From Armatimonadota bacterium (GTDB lineage: Bacteria; Armatimonadota; SYMT01): a stretch of DNA of 14,555 nucleotides. Below, in pieces: positions 6,789-14,377 of the stretch (the stretch's first letter is position 1; every line of letters begins with the position of its first letter). The DNA lies in NCBI GenBank assembly GCA_046292385.1, contig JBKBRF010000082.1:1-14555 (forward strand). The letters are read 5' to 3'. The position numbers were made by a program, and so were the translations under genes. Below the pieces are notes generated by a model that did not search any database, was not told where the DNA came from, and saw nothing but the letters and a program-made list of their open reading frames with translations.

Positions 6789-7667
6789 CTACCCGGTAAC
6801 GGCCCCGCCCAGGCCGCGGACGATGTAGCGTTGGAAGAGGAACGCCAGGACGACCGGGAGGAGGACGGCGAGGACGCCGCCGGCGGCGATGAGCGGGAAC
6901 GGGATGTCGATTTCGGAGACGAAGTCGCTCACCAGCACGGTGACGGTGCGGGCGTGGCGGGTGGTGAACAGGAAGGCGTACAGGAACTCGCCCCAGGAGA
7001 AGATGAAGGAGAAGATCCCCGCCGCTACCAGCCCCGGCGCGGTGACGGGGAGGAAGACTCGGAGCAGCGACTTGAGCCGGGAGCAGCCGTCGACCCGGGC
7101 GGCGCGCTCCAGGTCGAGCGGAACGGTCTGGAAGTAGCCTTTCAGGAGCCAGATGGTGAACGGCAGGGTGAAGGTGCTGTGCGCCAGGATGACGGAGAGC
7201 GGCTGGTCCAGCAGTCCCGCGTTCTTGATCAGCAGGTACATCGGGATCATGAGCGCGACCGCCGGGATGCTGCGGCTCACCAGGTAGAAGAGCAGCAGCG
7301 GCAGCGTGGCACGGGTGGGGATGCGGGCGAGCGCGTAGGCGGCCAGGGAGCCGAAGCACAGGTTCACCAGCGTCACGCAGAGGGCGATCAGCACGCTCGT
7401 CATCAGCGCCGGCACGAACCCGCGCGCATTCTCCTGCCCCAGGAACGCTCCGTCCCGCGCGTCCTCCGGTGCCGGGGCGGCGGCCGCGGGCAGGAACGCT
7501 GCGTAGGCGTCGGCGGTGGGGCGGGTCGGCACGAGGCGGCCGAGGCTGAGCTCGCTCTCCGTGGAGAAGCTGGCGGCGACGAGCCAGGCGAACGGCGCCA
7601 GCAGGTACGCGGTGGCGAGCAGCGCCAGCAGGTAGGTCGCCAGGGCGCTCCAGCGGGAGGGCCTCAT
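6789..7667 (-). CDS. Carbohydrate ABC transporter permease (MalG-like)
   Basis: MRPSRWSALATYLL start with ATGA overlap on the upstream stop; EAA-type loop YFQTVPLDLERAARVDGCS; FIFSWGEFLYA; FLFQRYIVRGLGGAVTG. Confidence 0.95.
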   Translation of the reverse strand: MRPSRWSALATYLLALLATAYLLAPFAWLVAASFSTESELSLGRLVPTRPTADAYAAFLPAAAAPAPEDARDGAFLGQENARGFVPALMTSVLIALCVTLVNLCFGSLAAYALARIPTRATLPLLLFYLVSRSIPAVALMIPMYLLIKNAGLLDQPLSVILAHSTFTLPFTIWLLKGYFQTVPLDLERAARVDGCSRLKSLLRVFLPVTAPGLVAAGIFSFIFSWGEFLYAFLFTTRHARTVTVLVSDFVSEIDIPFPLIAAGGVLAVLLPVVLAFLFQRYIVRGLGGAVTG

Positions 7668-8602
7668 GCCTGTACCGCTCCCCGCCGGTAGAGGAGGCGG
7701 ATGTACGCGACGGTGATGCCGAGCGTGATCAGCGCGATCAGGTACGCATAGGCGTTGGCGTGCCCGAAGCTGAGGAAGCTGAACGCCGACTTGTAGGTCT
7801 GCCAGGCGATGACGTGAGTCGCCCGCCCGGGGCCGCCGCCGGTGAGGGTGTAGATCAGGTCGAAGGTTCGGAATGCGCCCATCGTCTGGAAGATCGCCAC
7901 GATCAGCAGCGGGTGGAGCAGCCAGGGCAGGGTGACGTACCGGAACGTCCGCCAGGGGGTGCTGCCGTCGACCCGCGCCGCGCGGTACTGGTCGGCCGGG
8001 ATCGCCTGCAGCGCCGCGAGGAAGACGATGGTGGCGAACGGCACCTCTTTCCAGACGTGCGCCGCCGCCGCCGCGGGGAGAGCCGCGGCCGCGTCGCTGA
8101 GCCAGGTCTGCTTCGCGGGGAGCAGGGCTCCGAGCCAGGTCGGCTGCAGGGCGCCGAGCACCGCGTTGACCCCGCCGTTCTTCCCCAGGATGCCCGCCCA
8201 CATCAGGCCGTTTACCACCCCCGGAATGGCCCATGGGATCAGCAGCAGGGCGCGGAGAAAGGCGCGGCCTTTGAACTCCGCGTTCAGAAGCAGCGCCAGC
8301 CCGAGGCCAACCAGCAGCACGCCGGCGACCGACATCCCGGCGAAGGCAAGCGTCACCCGGAGCGCGTCCCAGAACTGCGGATCCTGCAGGATCCGCTGGT
8401 AGTTCTCCGAGCCGACGAAGGCGGTGTCGGCCGGCCGGCGCAGGTTGTACCGGTGCAGGCTCATCCAGAAGCTGTAGCCGACCGGATAGAGCACCAGCGC
8501 CAGGATCAGCAGCACGGAGGGCGCGTTGAGCAGCGCCACCCAGCCGCCGTCCGTCTGCCACCAGGGGCGCCGGCCCTGCTTGGGAGGGATGTTTACTGCC
8601 AT
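7664..8602 (-). CDS. Carbohydrate ABC transporter permease (MalF/UgpA-like)
   Basis: MAVNIPPK start overlapping the SBP stop; FVGSENY, LLIPWAIP, LAALQAIPADQYRAARVDGS, FRYVTLPWL, FDLIYTLTGGGPG. Confidence 0.95.
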   Translation of the reverse strand: MAVNIPPKQGRRPWWQTDGGWVALLNAPSVLLILALVLYPVGYSFWMSLHRYNLRRPADTAFVGSENYQRILQDPQFWDALRVTLAFAGMSVAGVLLVGLGLALLLNAEFKGRAFLRALLLIPWAIPGVVNGLMWAGILGKNGGVNAVLGALQPTWLGALLPAKQTWLSDAAAALPAAAAAHVWKEVPFATIVFLAALQAIPADQYRAARVDGSTPWRTFRYVTLPWLLHPLLIVAIFQTMGAFRTFDLIYTLTGGGPGRATHVIAWQTYKSAFSFLSFGHANAYAYLIALITLGITVAYIRLLYRRGAVQA

Positions 8603-9921
8603 CGGCTTCGCAGGCGGCGGCACTCGGCGGCGATCCGCGCCAGCCCGTCTCGAGGGGTTACGCGCCGGAGCAGGATCTCCTGGATCTCCGCCTGGTAAAA
8701 CGCGTCGAGCTCCGCGAACCAGGGCGCCTTGATGCACTCGCGCGGGCGCGCGGTGGCGGCCTGGCTCCGGATCTTGTCGATCTCGCCCCAGCCGGCGGTG
8801 GAGCGGACGACCTCCGGGTCCTCCATCAACGAGGGAAAGGCGAACCCGAGGCCCTTCGCCAGGTACCAGAATCGGGCGGTGGAATACTCTCCGCGCGGAT
8901 CTTTCCCGCCGAGATACTCCAGCAGCCTCCAGGTCTCCTCCGGGCGGCGGCAGGAAGTCGGGACGCCGTACATCCGCGTCCAGCCGAGCGTGCCGGACAG
9001 CCCCGGCTCCAGCGAGGGGTAGGGCGCCATCACCGCCTCGCCGGCGACCGCGCTCCGCTTCGGGTCGTTCAGGTACTGGAGGTCGTACTTGCTGATCGCC
9101 ACCATCGCCTGCGAGCCGGCGGCGAACAGGTCCCGCACCAGCGCGGTCGTAAAGCTGGCGGGGAGGTCGATGATGCGATGCCGGTGGATGCCATCCACCA
9201 GCCACTGCAGCACCCGCTCCGCGCGGCGGTCCGGGTCGTCCGGAAAGATCGGCTCCAGGTCGGCCGTGAAGAGCTTTGCCTCGCTGGCGTACATCAGCGC
9301 CCAGAAGTCGTTCATCCCGAGCGGTGCCTGCTTGAATCCGAGCACCAGCGGATGCTCTACCGGTCCCGCCGGGCCGGAGATCCGCCGCTCCCGGATCTTC
9401 ACGCACTGCTCCGTCACTTCATCGAGCGTGCGCCCGCACTCTGAGAAGCCGGCTTCCTCCAGCATCCGCCGGTTCCAGACCCAGATCGCGAAGTCGGAGT
9501 AATAGGGGAGCCCGTACAGCCGCTCACCCAGGGTGAGCGCCTCCCAGTTGAACGGGAAGACCTGCTCGCGGTAGGAGAGCGCCCCGGGGAAGGCGTCGAT
9601 CGGCTGCAGCCAGCCCGCCTCCGCCCATTCGGCGAGATGGTCGTCCCGCACGTAGACCAGGTCGAGCGGGGTTTCAGCGAGGAACTGCGCCACCATCTTG
9701 TCGTGGTAGGCGCCGGACATCGCGGCGTAGTCGACCTCCAGGTCGCTGCCGAGCTCCCTCAGGCGCTTCAGGTTGGCGCGCACCAGGTCCGGCTCGTACG
9801 GCCACCCGCGCAGGATCAGGGCGTCGGGGTCGACCGGCGGCGCGCAGCCGGAGCCGCCCGCGGCCAGCGCGGCGGCCGCCGAGAGTCCCGCTGCCTGCGC
9901 CAGGAAAGTCCGCCGGTTCAT
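8593..9921 (-). CDS. Sugar ABC transporter substrate-binding lipoprotein with Tat signal
   Basis: MNRRTFLAQAAGLSAAAALAAGGSGC has a twin-Arg motif and a lipobox-like Cys; GWLQPID, LYGLPYY and VWNRRMLEEAG are typical of family-1 SBPs. Confidence 0.93.
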   Translation of the reverse strand: MNRRTFLAQAAGLSAAAALAAGGSGCAPPVDPDALILRGWPYEPDLVRANLKRLRELGSDLEVDYAAMSGAYHDKMVAQFLAETPLDLVYVRDDHLAEWAEAGWLQPIDAFPGALSYREQVFPFNWEALTLGERLYGLPYYSDFAIWVWNRRMLEEAGFSECGRTLDEVTEQCVKIRERRISGPAGPVEHPLVLGFKQAPLGMNDFWALMYASEAKLFTADLEPIFPDDPDRRAERVLQWLVDGIHRHRIIDLPASFTTALVRDLFAAGSQAMVAISKYDLQYLNDPKRSAVAGEAVMAPYPSLEPGLSGTLGWTRMYGVPTSCRRPEETWRLLEYLGGKDPRGEYSTARFWYLAKGLGFAFPSLMEDPEVVRSTAGWGEIDKIRSQAATARPRECIKAPWFAELDAFYQAEIQEILLRRVTPRDGLARIAAECRRLRSRWQ

Positions 9922-10250
9922 CGTAGCCGACTGTTCGTCAGCCGCCGCGGCGTTCCCTTGGCGGGGCTTACCAGGCGGCTGCCTCCACCAAAGGATGACA
10001 GGCAGGCGCCCGGGGGCTAACCGGATGTCGGATCGCGGCCGGGAGGGACAGACCAGAATACTACACTATGAAGCCCGCCCGGGATGTCCGGCGACTGGGG
10101 AGATGCCGGGTCCTCTACTGCGCTCCCGCGCGGCGGGCGGGCTTCGGCTTTCCCGGGGACGGAGCTCGATGGGAACCGGAACCGTGTAGGCCGGGTCCAG
10201 CAGGTGCGGAACCCCTTCTACAGCTCCTCATCCCACCCCGCGGGCTCCAT

Positions 10251-10275
10251 GTTTGAGACTTTCCTGCTCGGGTAA
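10251..10275 (+). promoter_or_regulatory. Putative SigB/SigF-type promoter
   Basis: GTTT (10251-10254), 15-nt spacer, GGGTAA (10270-10275); fits the GTTT-N15-17-GGGTA consensus and lies about 130 nt upstream of TTG 10408. Confidence 0.6.
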
Positions 10276-10306
10276 TGATAACCAGGCGCTCGCAAGGCAA
10301 GCGCTC

Positions 10307-10319
10307 TTTACCCGGTAAA
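10307..10319. promoter_or_regulatory. Palindromic possible operator TTTACC-C-GGTAAA
   Basis: Perfect 6-1-6 AT-rich dyad in the divergent intergenic region, just downstream of the putative SigB/SigF promoter. Confidence 0.35.
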
Positions 10320-10407
10320 CGAAGTAGCCATCCCCTCGGGCTCGGAGATAACGGAACGCCTTTACGTATGCAGGCGCGCCCTGCGCCGCATGTAGGAGCC
10401 CACTGAG

Positions 10408-11532
10408 TTGAAACGATTCCTCTTAACGCTGCTTCCGGCGGCGCTGCTCTGCCTGGCTGTCCCCAGCGAGGCCCGCCCCCGGTTCGGTCGTGTTCAAGGC
10501 ACCATCTCGGCCGTCAGTGTCGTCCCAGCTACGGTCACCATCACCCCTGCGGCCGGCGCCGACGTGGTGTTGAACGTCTCGACCTCCACGAAGGTGATCG
10601 CGGACGACGAGCGCGGCTCCCTGGCCGATCTCGTGGTGGGCGCGGACGCCCGCGCGAAGTACGAGCTCCGCACCGGAAACGCCCTCCAGATCCACCTCGA
10701 CGAGCCGGACACGGAGGTCGAAGCCACCGGTGTGGTGACCGCCGCGAGCTTCGATGAGCTCACCGGAACCGGGCAGGTCTCGATCGACACCAACAACGAT
10801 CCGACGATCGCCGAGCTGAACCTGACCGTCGACTCCGCCACCGAGCTCCGGCTCGGCCGGCTCCCGCTCGCCACCGAAGATGTCGGCCTGCTGGTCGGCC
10901 TCACGGTGGAGACGGAGTACGACAACGTCACCTTCGTGGCGCAGAAGATCCACGCCGAGCTGGAAGACGCGGACGTCCTCAGCGCCACCGGTACGGTGGA
11001 GAGCGTGGACTCCGTTGAGGGCACGCTCACCGTGAACGTGAACGGAGAGTCGGTCCTGTTCGACCTGGCCGACGGCGCCGAGGTGAAGCTGCGCGGCCGG
11101 ATCGTGCCGCTCTCCACCCTTGAGGGAGCCGACCAGGTCACCGTGCAGTTCATCCAGGCCGGCGACCCGGTGGTGAACCTCGCGCTGCAGGTGGTGGCAA
11201 GCGGCCAGACGAGCCGGCCCCAGAACGTGAACGGCACGCTGGTGGCGGTCGACCCGCTCGCGGGCACGCTCACGATCCAGCCGAAGCGCGGTGAGTCGGT
11301 CGTGCTGACCGTCTCCACCGGCACCGACCTGCGGATCCGCGGCCGCCGCGTCGATCTCGCCGCCTTCGCAACGGCGCTGGCCGACGCCGAAGCCGCCGGT
11401 AAGACGGTGAAGGTCAACGGGCAGTACGTGGCCCGCTCCGGCGCCAACGCCGCTCTCCGCGTGCACGCGACGGTCCAGAAGGGCCGCGGCGGCAACGGCA
11501 ATGGCAATGGCCGGGGTAATGGTCGCGGCTAG
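10408..11532 (+). CDS. Secreted protein with four tandem DUF5666-like (OB-fold-like) repeats
   Basis: AGGAG at 10394-10398 then TTG start; signal peptide; four units beginning VQGTISAV, EATGVVTAA, SATGTVESVD and VNGTLVAVD; C-terminal GN/GR low-complexity tail. Confidence 0.82.
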   Translation: MKRFLLTLLPAALLCLAVPSEARPRFGRVQGTISAVSVVPATVTITPAAGADVVLNVSTSTKVIADDERGSLADLVVGADARAKYELRTGNALQIHLDEPDTEVEATGVVTAASFDELTGTGQVSIDTNNDPTIAELNLTVDSATELRLGRLPLATEDVGLLVGLTVETEYDNVTFVAQKIHAELEDADVLSATGTVESVDSVEGTLTVNVNGESVLFDLADGAEVKLRGRIVPLSTLEGADQVTVQFIQAGDPVVNLALQVVASGQTSRPQNVNGTLVAVDPLAGTLTIQPKRGESVVLTVSTGTDLRIRGRRVDLAAFATALADAEAAGKTVKVNGQYVARSGANAALRVHATVQKGRGGNGNGNGRGNGRG

Positions 11533-11560
11533 TCCGGGGCCCACCACGGCATAAGAACGA

Positions 11561-11599
11561 GGGGCGCCGGGGCACTGTCCCCGGCGCCTCCCGCTTTCT
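11561..11599 (+). terminator. Probable intrinsic terminator hairpin
   Basis: GGGGCGCCGGGG-cactgt-CCCCGGCGCCTC forms a 12-bp stem (one G-U) followed by CCGCTTTCT, about 30 nt after the stop at 11532. The U-tract is weak. Confidence 0.6.
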
Positions 11600-11756
11600 G
11601 GGCACGCGTACGGCTTCCCCGGAGCTGCGGCACTCCCCCCGTCAGCATTTCGCGAATGGGGCAGGAGCAACCCCTCTGCAGCCGGAACACCAGGGAAAGA
11701 GCCGCGGGCCGGAGCGTCGGCCCGCGCAAACCCGAACCCCAGCGGGAGGTACAGTC

Positions 11757-12191
11757 ATGGCCGAGAACGATGCCGCGACCTTGAACGAGCATGCCACCAC
11801 CCTGGTGGCGGAGAAGGGGAATACGATCATCGCCGACAGCGTGGTGGCGAAGATCGCGGGGCTTGCCGCCCGGGAGATCGAGGGCGTGCACAGTCTGGTG
11901 AGCACCGGCCTCTCCCAGAGCGTGGTAGGGCTAGCCCGGGCCGTTTCACGCCAGCAGAGCCGAGATACCGGCATCACGGTGGCGGTGGGGGAGAAGGAAG
12001 CGACGGTGGACGTCCGCCTCTGTGCGGACTACGGCGTCAACCTGCAAGCGGTCGCCGCCGCGGTGCGGAACAACGTGATCGACCGGGTGCAGTCGATGAC
12101 CGGGCTCATCGTGAAGGAAGTGAACGTCCGCATCGTGGACCTCTATTTCCCCAGCGAGGACTCGCTGGAGCCGGTCCGCGCCGCCGAGTAG
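11757..12191 (+). CDS. Asp23/Gls24 family envelope stress response protein (DUF322)
   Basis: GGGAGG SD; GNTIIADSVVAKIAGLAAREIEGV, GITVAVGEKEATVDV, YGVNLQAVAAAVRNNV and MTGLIVKEVNVRIVDL. Confidence 0.93.
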   Translation: MAENDAATLNEHATTLVAEKGNTIIADSVVAKIAGLAAREIEGVHSLVSTGLSQSVVGLARAVSRQQSRDTGITVAVGEKEATVDVRLCADYGVNLQAVAAAVRNNVIDRVQSMTGLIVKEVNVRIVDLYFPSEDSLEPVRAAE

Positions 12192-12218
12192 CCGTTCCGG
12201 AGCCACTCCCGCCGTCCG

Positions 12219-12797
12219 ATGAACCTCTTCAACCGGCTGGCGATGACCTGCCTCGCGTTCCTCCTCTCCTGCGCCGGCGCCTTCGTGGTGGCGGCGACCA
12301 GCGGGTGGATTGGTGACGCGGAGTTGAAGTCGGCGCCGCTCTTGCGGCCGCTGGCGATGTCGCTCGCCTCCTTGCCGGGAATGACGCTCTTCTGGACGGC
12401 GGGGGGCGGCATCGCCAGCGTCTTGGCCGGGCTCGTGCTGCTCGCGGCGGAGGTGCGGCCCCCGCGGCGACCGCGAGATCTCGTGTTGTGCAGCGGCCCG
12501 GACGGCTCGGTGCGGCTCTCGGTGGCGGGGCTGCGCCGCCTGGCGGAACATGTAACGGGGCAGGTCCCCGGGGTGATGGGAGTGGTCGCCGAGGCGCGGC
12601 CCGAGGGGAGCGGCGTGGGGTTCCGCTGCCGGGTCGACGTGGCGCCGGAAGCGAGCATCCCGGAGGTCACCCAGCAGATCCGCGAGCGGCTCGACGCGGC
12701 GGTCCGGCACCATTCCGGGCATCCGGTCGCCTCGCTGCGGCTGGACGTGCAGACCCACCTCGACACGGCGGAGAACGGACGGAGACGACTGCGTTGA
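12219..12797 (+). CDS. AmaP-like alkaline shock response membrane anchor protein
   Basis: MNLFNR start, two TM segments, then GPDGSVRLSVAGLRRLAE and IPEVTQQIRERL (Asp23-like fold); adjacent to asp23. Confidence 0.75.
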   Translation: MNLFNRLAMTCLAFLLSCAGAFVVAATSGWIGDAELKSAPLLRPLAMSLASLPGMTLFWTAGGGIASVLAGLVLLAAEVRPPRRPRDLVLCSGPDGSVRLSVAGLRRLAEHVTGQVPGVMGVVAEARPEGSGVGFRCRVDVAPEASIPEVTQQIRERLDAAVRHHSGHPVASLRLDVQTHLDTAENGRRRLR

Positions 12798-12994
12798 TGT
12801 ACCTGAGCAGCAAGCACATCTGTGCCCTGGCGGCATTCGGACTCGCCTGGTTCTTCGTGGAATACGGCTTTTTCAAGACCGTCTTCGTCCTCGCGATGAT
12901 CGTCGCCGGCTGGTTCATCGGCCGCGTGCTGGACGGCGAACTGGATATCAGCGACTACGTCCGCGTCCATCGCCGCGACGACCCGGAGCCGTAG
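12797..12994 (+). CDS. Small membrane protein, DUF2273-like
   Basis: TGATG overlap with the upstream stop; 65 aa MYLSSKHICALAAFGLAWFFVEYGFFKTVFVLAMIVAGWFIGRVLDG. The GFFKT...G..IG...D pattern and the asp23/amaP context support the call. Confidence 0.75.
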   Translation: MYLSSKHICALAAFGLAWFFVEYGFFKTVFVLAMIVAGWFIGRVLDGELDISDYVRVHRRDDPEP

Positions 12995-13003
12995 TCCGCG
13001 GGA

Positions 13004-13092
13004 GTTGCAGGTTCCAGGTTGCAAGTTGCAGGTTGATCCGAACCCACCGGCCGGAAGCTAACCTGCAACCTGTAACTTGCCAACCTGCTAAC
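13004..13092. repeat. Inverted repeat built from tandem heptamers (GTTGCAG)n ... (AACCTGC)n, REP/STRR-like hairpin
   Basis: Left arm GTTGCAG GTTCCAG GTTGCAA GTTGCAG GTT (13004-13034); 25-nt spacer; right arm AACCTGC AACCTGT AACTTGC c AACCTGC t AAC (13060-13092). Lies between convergent stop codons. Confidence 0.88.
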
Positions 13093-13098
13093 GCGTCG

Positions 13099-14376
13099 TT
13101 ACTGCCGAATCACCTCGCGGGTCCACTCTTCGTGGAGCTCGGTCAGTTGGCGCACCCGCTCGGGATAGTCGGCTGCGCGGGTCCGGCGCTCCGTGGCGTC
13201 TTCTGCCAGGTTGGAGAGCATCACCCGCTCGTCTCCCTGCAGCTTCTGACGGTGATCGGTGTCGACGCCGTTTACCACCAGCTTCCAGTCGCCCTGGCGG
13301 ACGGCCCACTGGTCGCCGAGCTGCCAGTGGAAGACCGGGTGCGGCGAGGGCGCGGACCGGGAGCGGAGGACGGGTGTGAGACTCCGGCCGTCGATCCGCC
13401 GCGGCGGCAGGGGCGTACCGGTCAGCTCCGCCACCGTCGGGAAGAGGTCGACGCTGGTGACGAGCTGGTCCCGCACCGCGCCGGCGGGAATCCGGCCCGG
13501 CATGGCGGCAATCATCGGCACGCGGATGCCGCCTTCCAGCAGGCTGAACTTGGCGCCCCGGTAGGGCCCGGCGTTTCCGCCCTGGAAGCCGGCACGCTCC
13601 TCTGTGGAGTGGCCGTGGTCGCTCAGGAACAGCACGAGCGTCCGCTCCCGCTGACCGCGCCGGTCGATCTCCGCGAGGATCTCACCGACCGCCGCATCCA
13701 TGGAAGTGATGCTTCCGGCGTAGGAGCGGCGCGGCTCCGGCAGCGAGGCGTAGCGCTCCCGGTACTTCGCCTGCGGCTGCATCGGGTAGTGCGGCACGTT
13801 AAACGGGACGTACAGGAAGTAAGGCCGCTCTCCGCTTTCCCGGACGAACCGGCGCGCCTCCCGCACCACCAGCTCCGTAAAGTGCTTCCCGTCCTCGTGG
13901 ACTTCGGTGCGGTCCCGCCATAGATCGTGGAAGTGCGGCCCGCTCCAGTAGAAGAAGTGGGAGTAGTTGTCGATGCATCCCACGCGGTGCCCGAAGAACT
14001 GCTGGAATCCCTGGCCGTTGGGGTCGGTCTCGGCGCCGTTCCCCAGGTGCCACTTACCGAAGAGCGCCGTGCGGTAGCCGGCGTCGCGCAGCAGCTCCGC
14101 CAGGGTGACCTGCGAGCCAGGCATGCCGCCTTCCCGGGTGAGCGGCGCGTTGGTGGTGAGACCGGCGCGCTGCGGGTAGCGCCCGGTGAGCAGCGCGGCC
14201 CGGGAGGGGGAGCAGACCGGGCTGGCGGTATACGACTGGGTGAACCGCACTCCGCGCGCGGCGAGGGCGTCGAGATGCGGCGTGTGGAGGTCGTCCGAGC
14301 CGTAGCACCCGAGATCGAGCGTGCCCTGGTCGTCGGAGAAGAAGAGCACCACGTTCGGCCGCGTGGGGCGCTGCCC
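13099..14376 (-). CDS. Sulfatase (arylsulfatase A-like, Cys-type formylglycine enzyme), 5' end missing
   Basis: The frame continues upstream of 14352 as GQRPTRPNVVLFFSDDQG; CSPSRAALLTGRY is the CxPxR motif; GYRTALFGKWHLG, PHYP, LSDHG and EGGIRVP are also present. The true start is lost in the poly-G. Confidence 0.95.
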   Translation of the reverse strand, partial: GQRPTRPNVVLFFSDDQGTLDLGCYGSDDLHTPHLDALAARGVRFTQSYTASPVCSPSRAALLTGRYPQRAGLTTNAPLTREGGMPGSQVTLAELLRDAGYRTALFGKWHLGNGAETDPNGQGFQQFFGHRVGCIDNYSHFFYWSGPHFHDLWRDRTEVHEDGKHFTELVVREARRFVRESGERPYFLYVPFNVPHYPMQPQAKYRERYASLPEPRRSYAGSITSMDAAVGEILAEIDRRGQRERTLVLFLSDHGHSTEERAGFQGGNAGPYRGAKFSLLEGGIRVPMIAAMPGRIPAGAVRDQLVTSVDLFPTVAELTGTPLPPRRIDGRSLTPVLRSRSAPSPHPVFHWQLGDQWAVRQGDWKLVVNGVDTDHRQKLQGDERVMLSNLAEDATERRTRAADYPERVRQLTELHEEWTREVIRQ

Positions 14377-14377
14377 C

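Larger units (their letters stand above)
6239..6789. mobile_element. Putative IR-bounded GxxExxY cassette inserted in the ABC operon
   Basis: A single lower-GC nuclease-like gene between long inverted repeats interrupts the permease-ATPase adjacency. No transposase and no clear target-site duplication. Confidence 0.55.

Noticed and set aside
6233..6795. Classical IS element with target-site duplication
   Set aside because: No DDE, HUH or serine/tyrosine recombinase motifs in the enclosed ORF, and no convincing direct repeat outside the arms.
7668..9406. Long N-terminal extensions of ORFs 6789..8561 and 7664..9406
   Set aside because: They are out-of-frame read-throughs of the upstream real genes; the true starts at 7667 and 8602 overlap the upstream stops.
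10423..11670. Long antisense or alternate-frame ORFs (e.g. 10423..11670, 10494..11507, 1716..2921, 1727..2989, 5150..6298, 6399..7691, 13033..13923)
   Set aside because: Expected shadows of high-GC coding sequence, with no recognisable motifs.
13004..13092. Heptamer repeats or the GxxExxY arms as a CRISPR array
   Set aside because: There are no direct repeats separated by unique spacers of regular length, and no cas genes.
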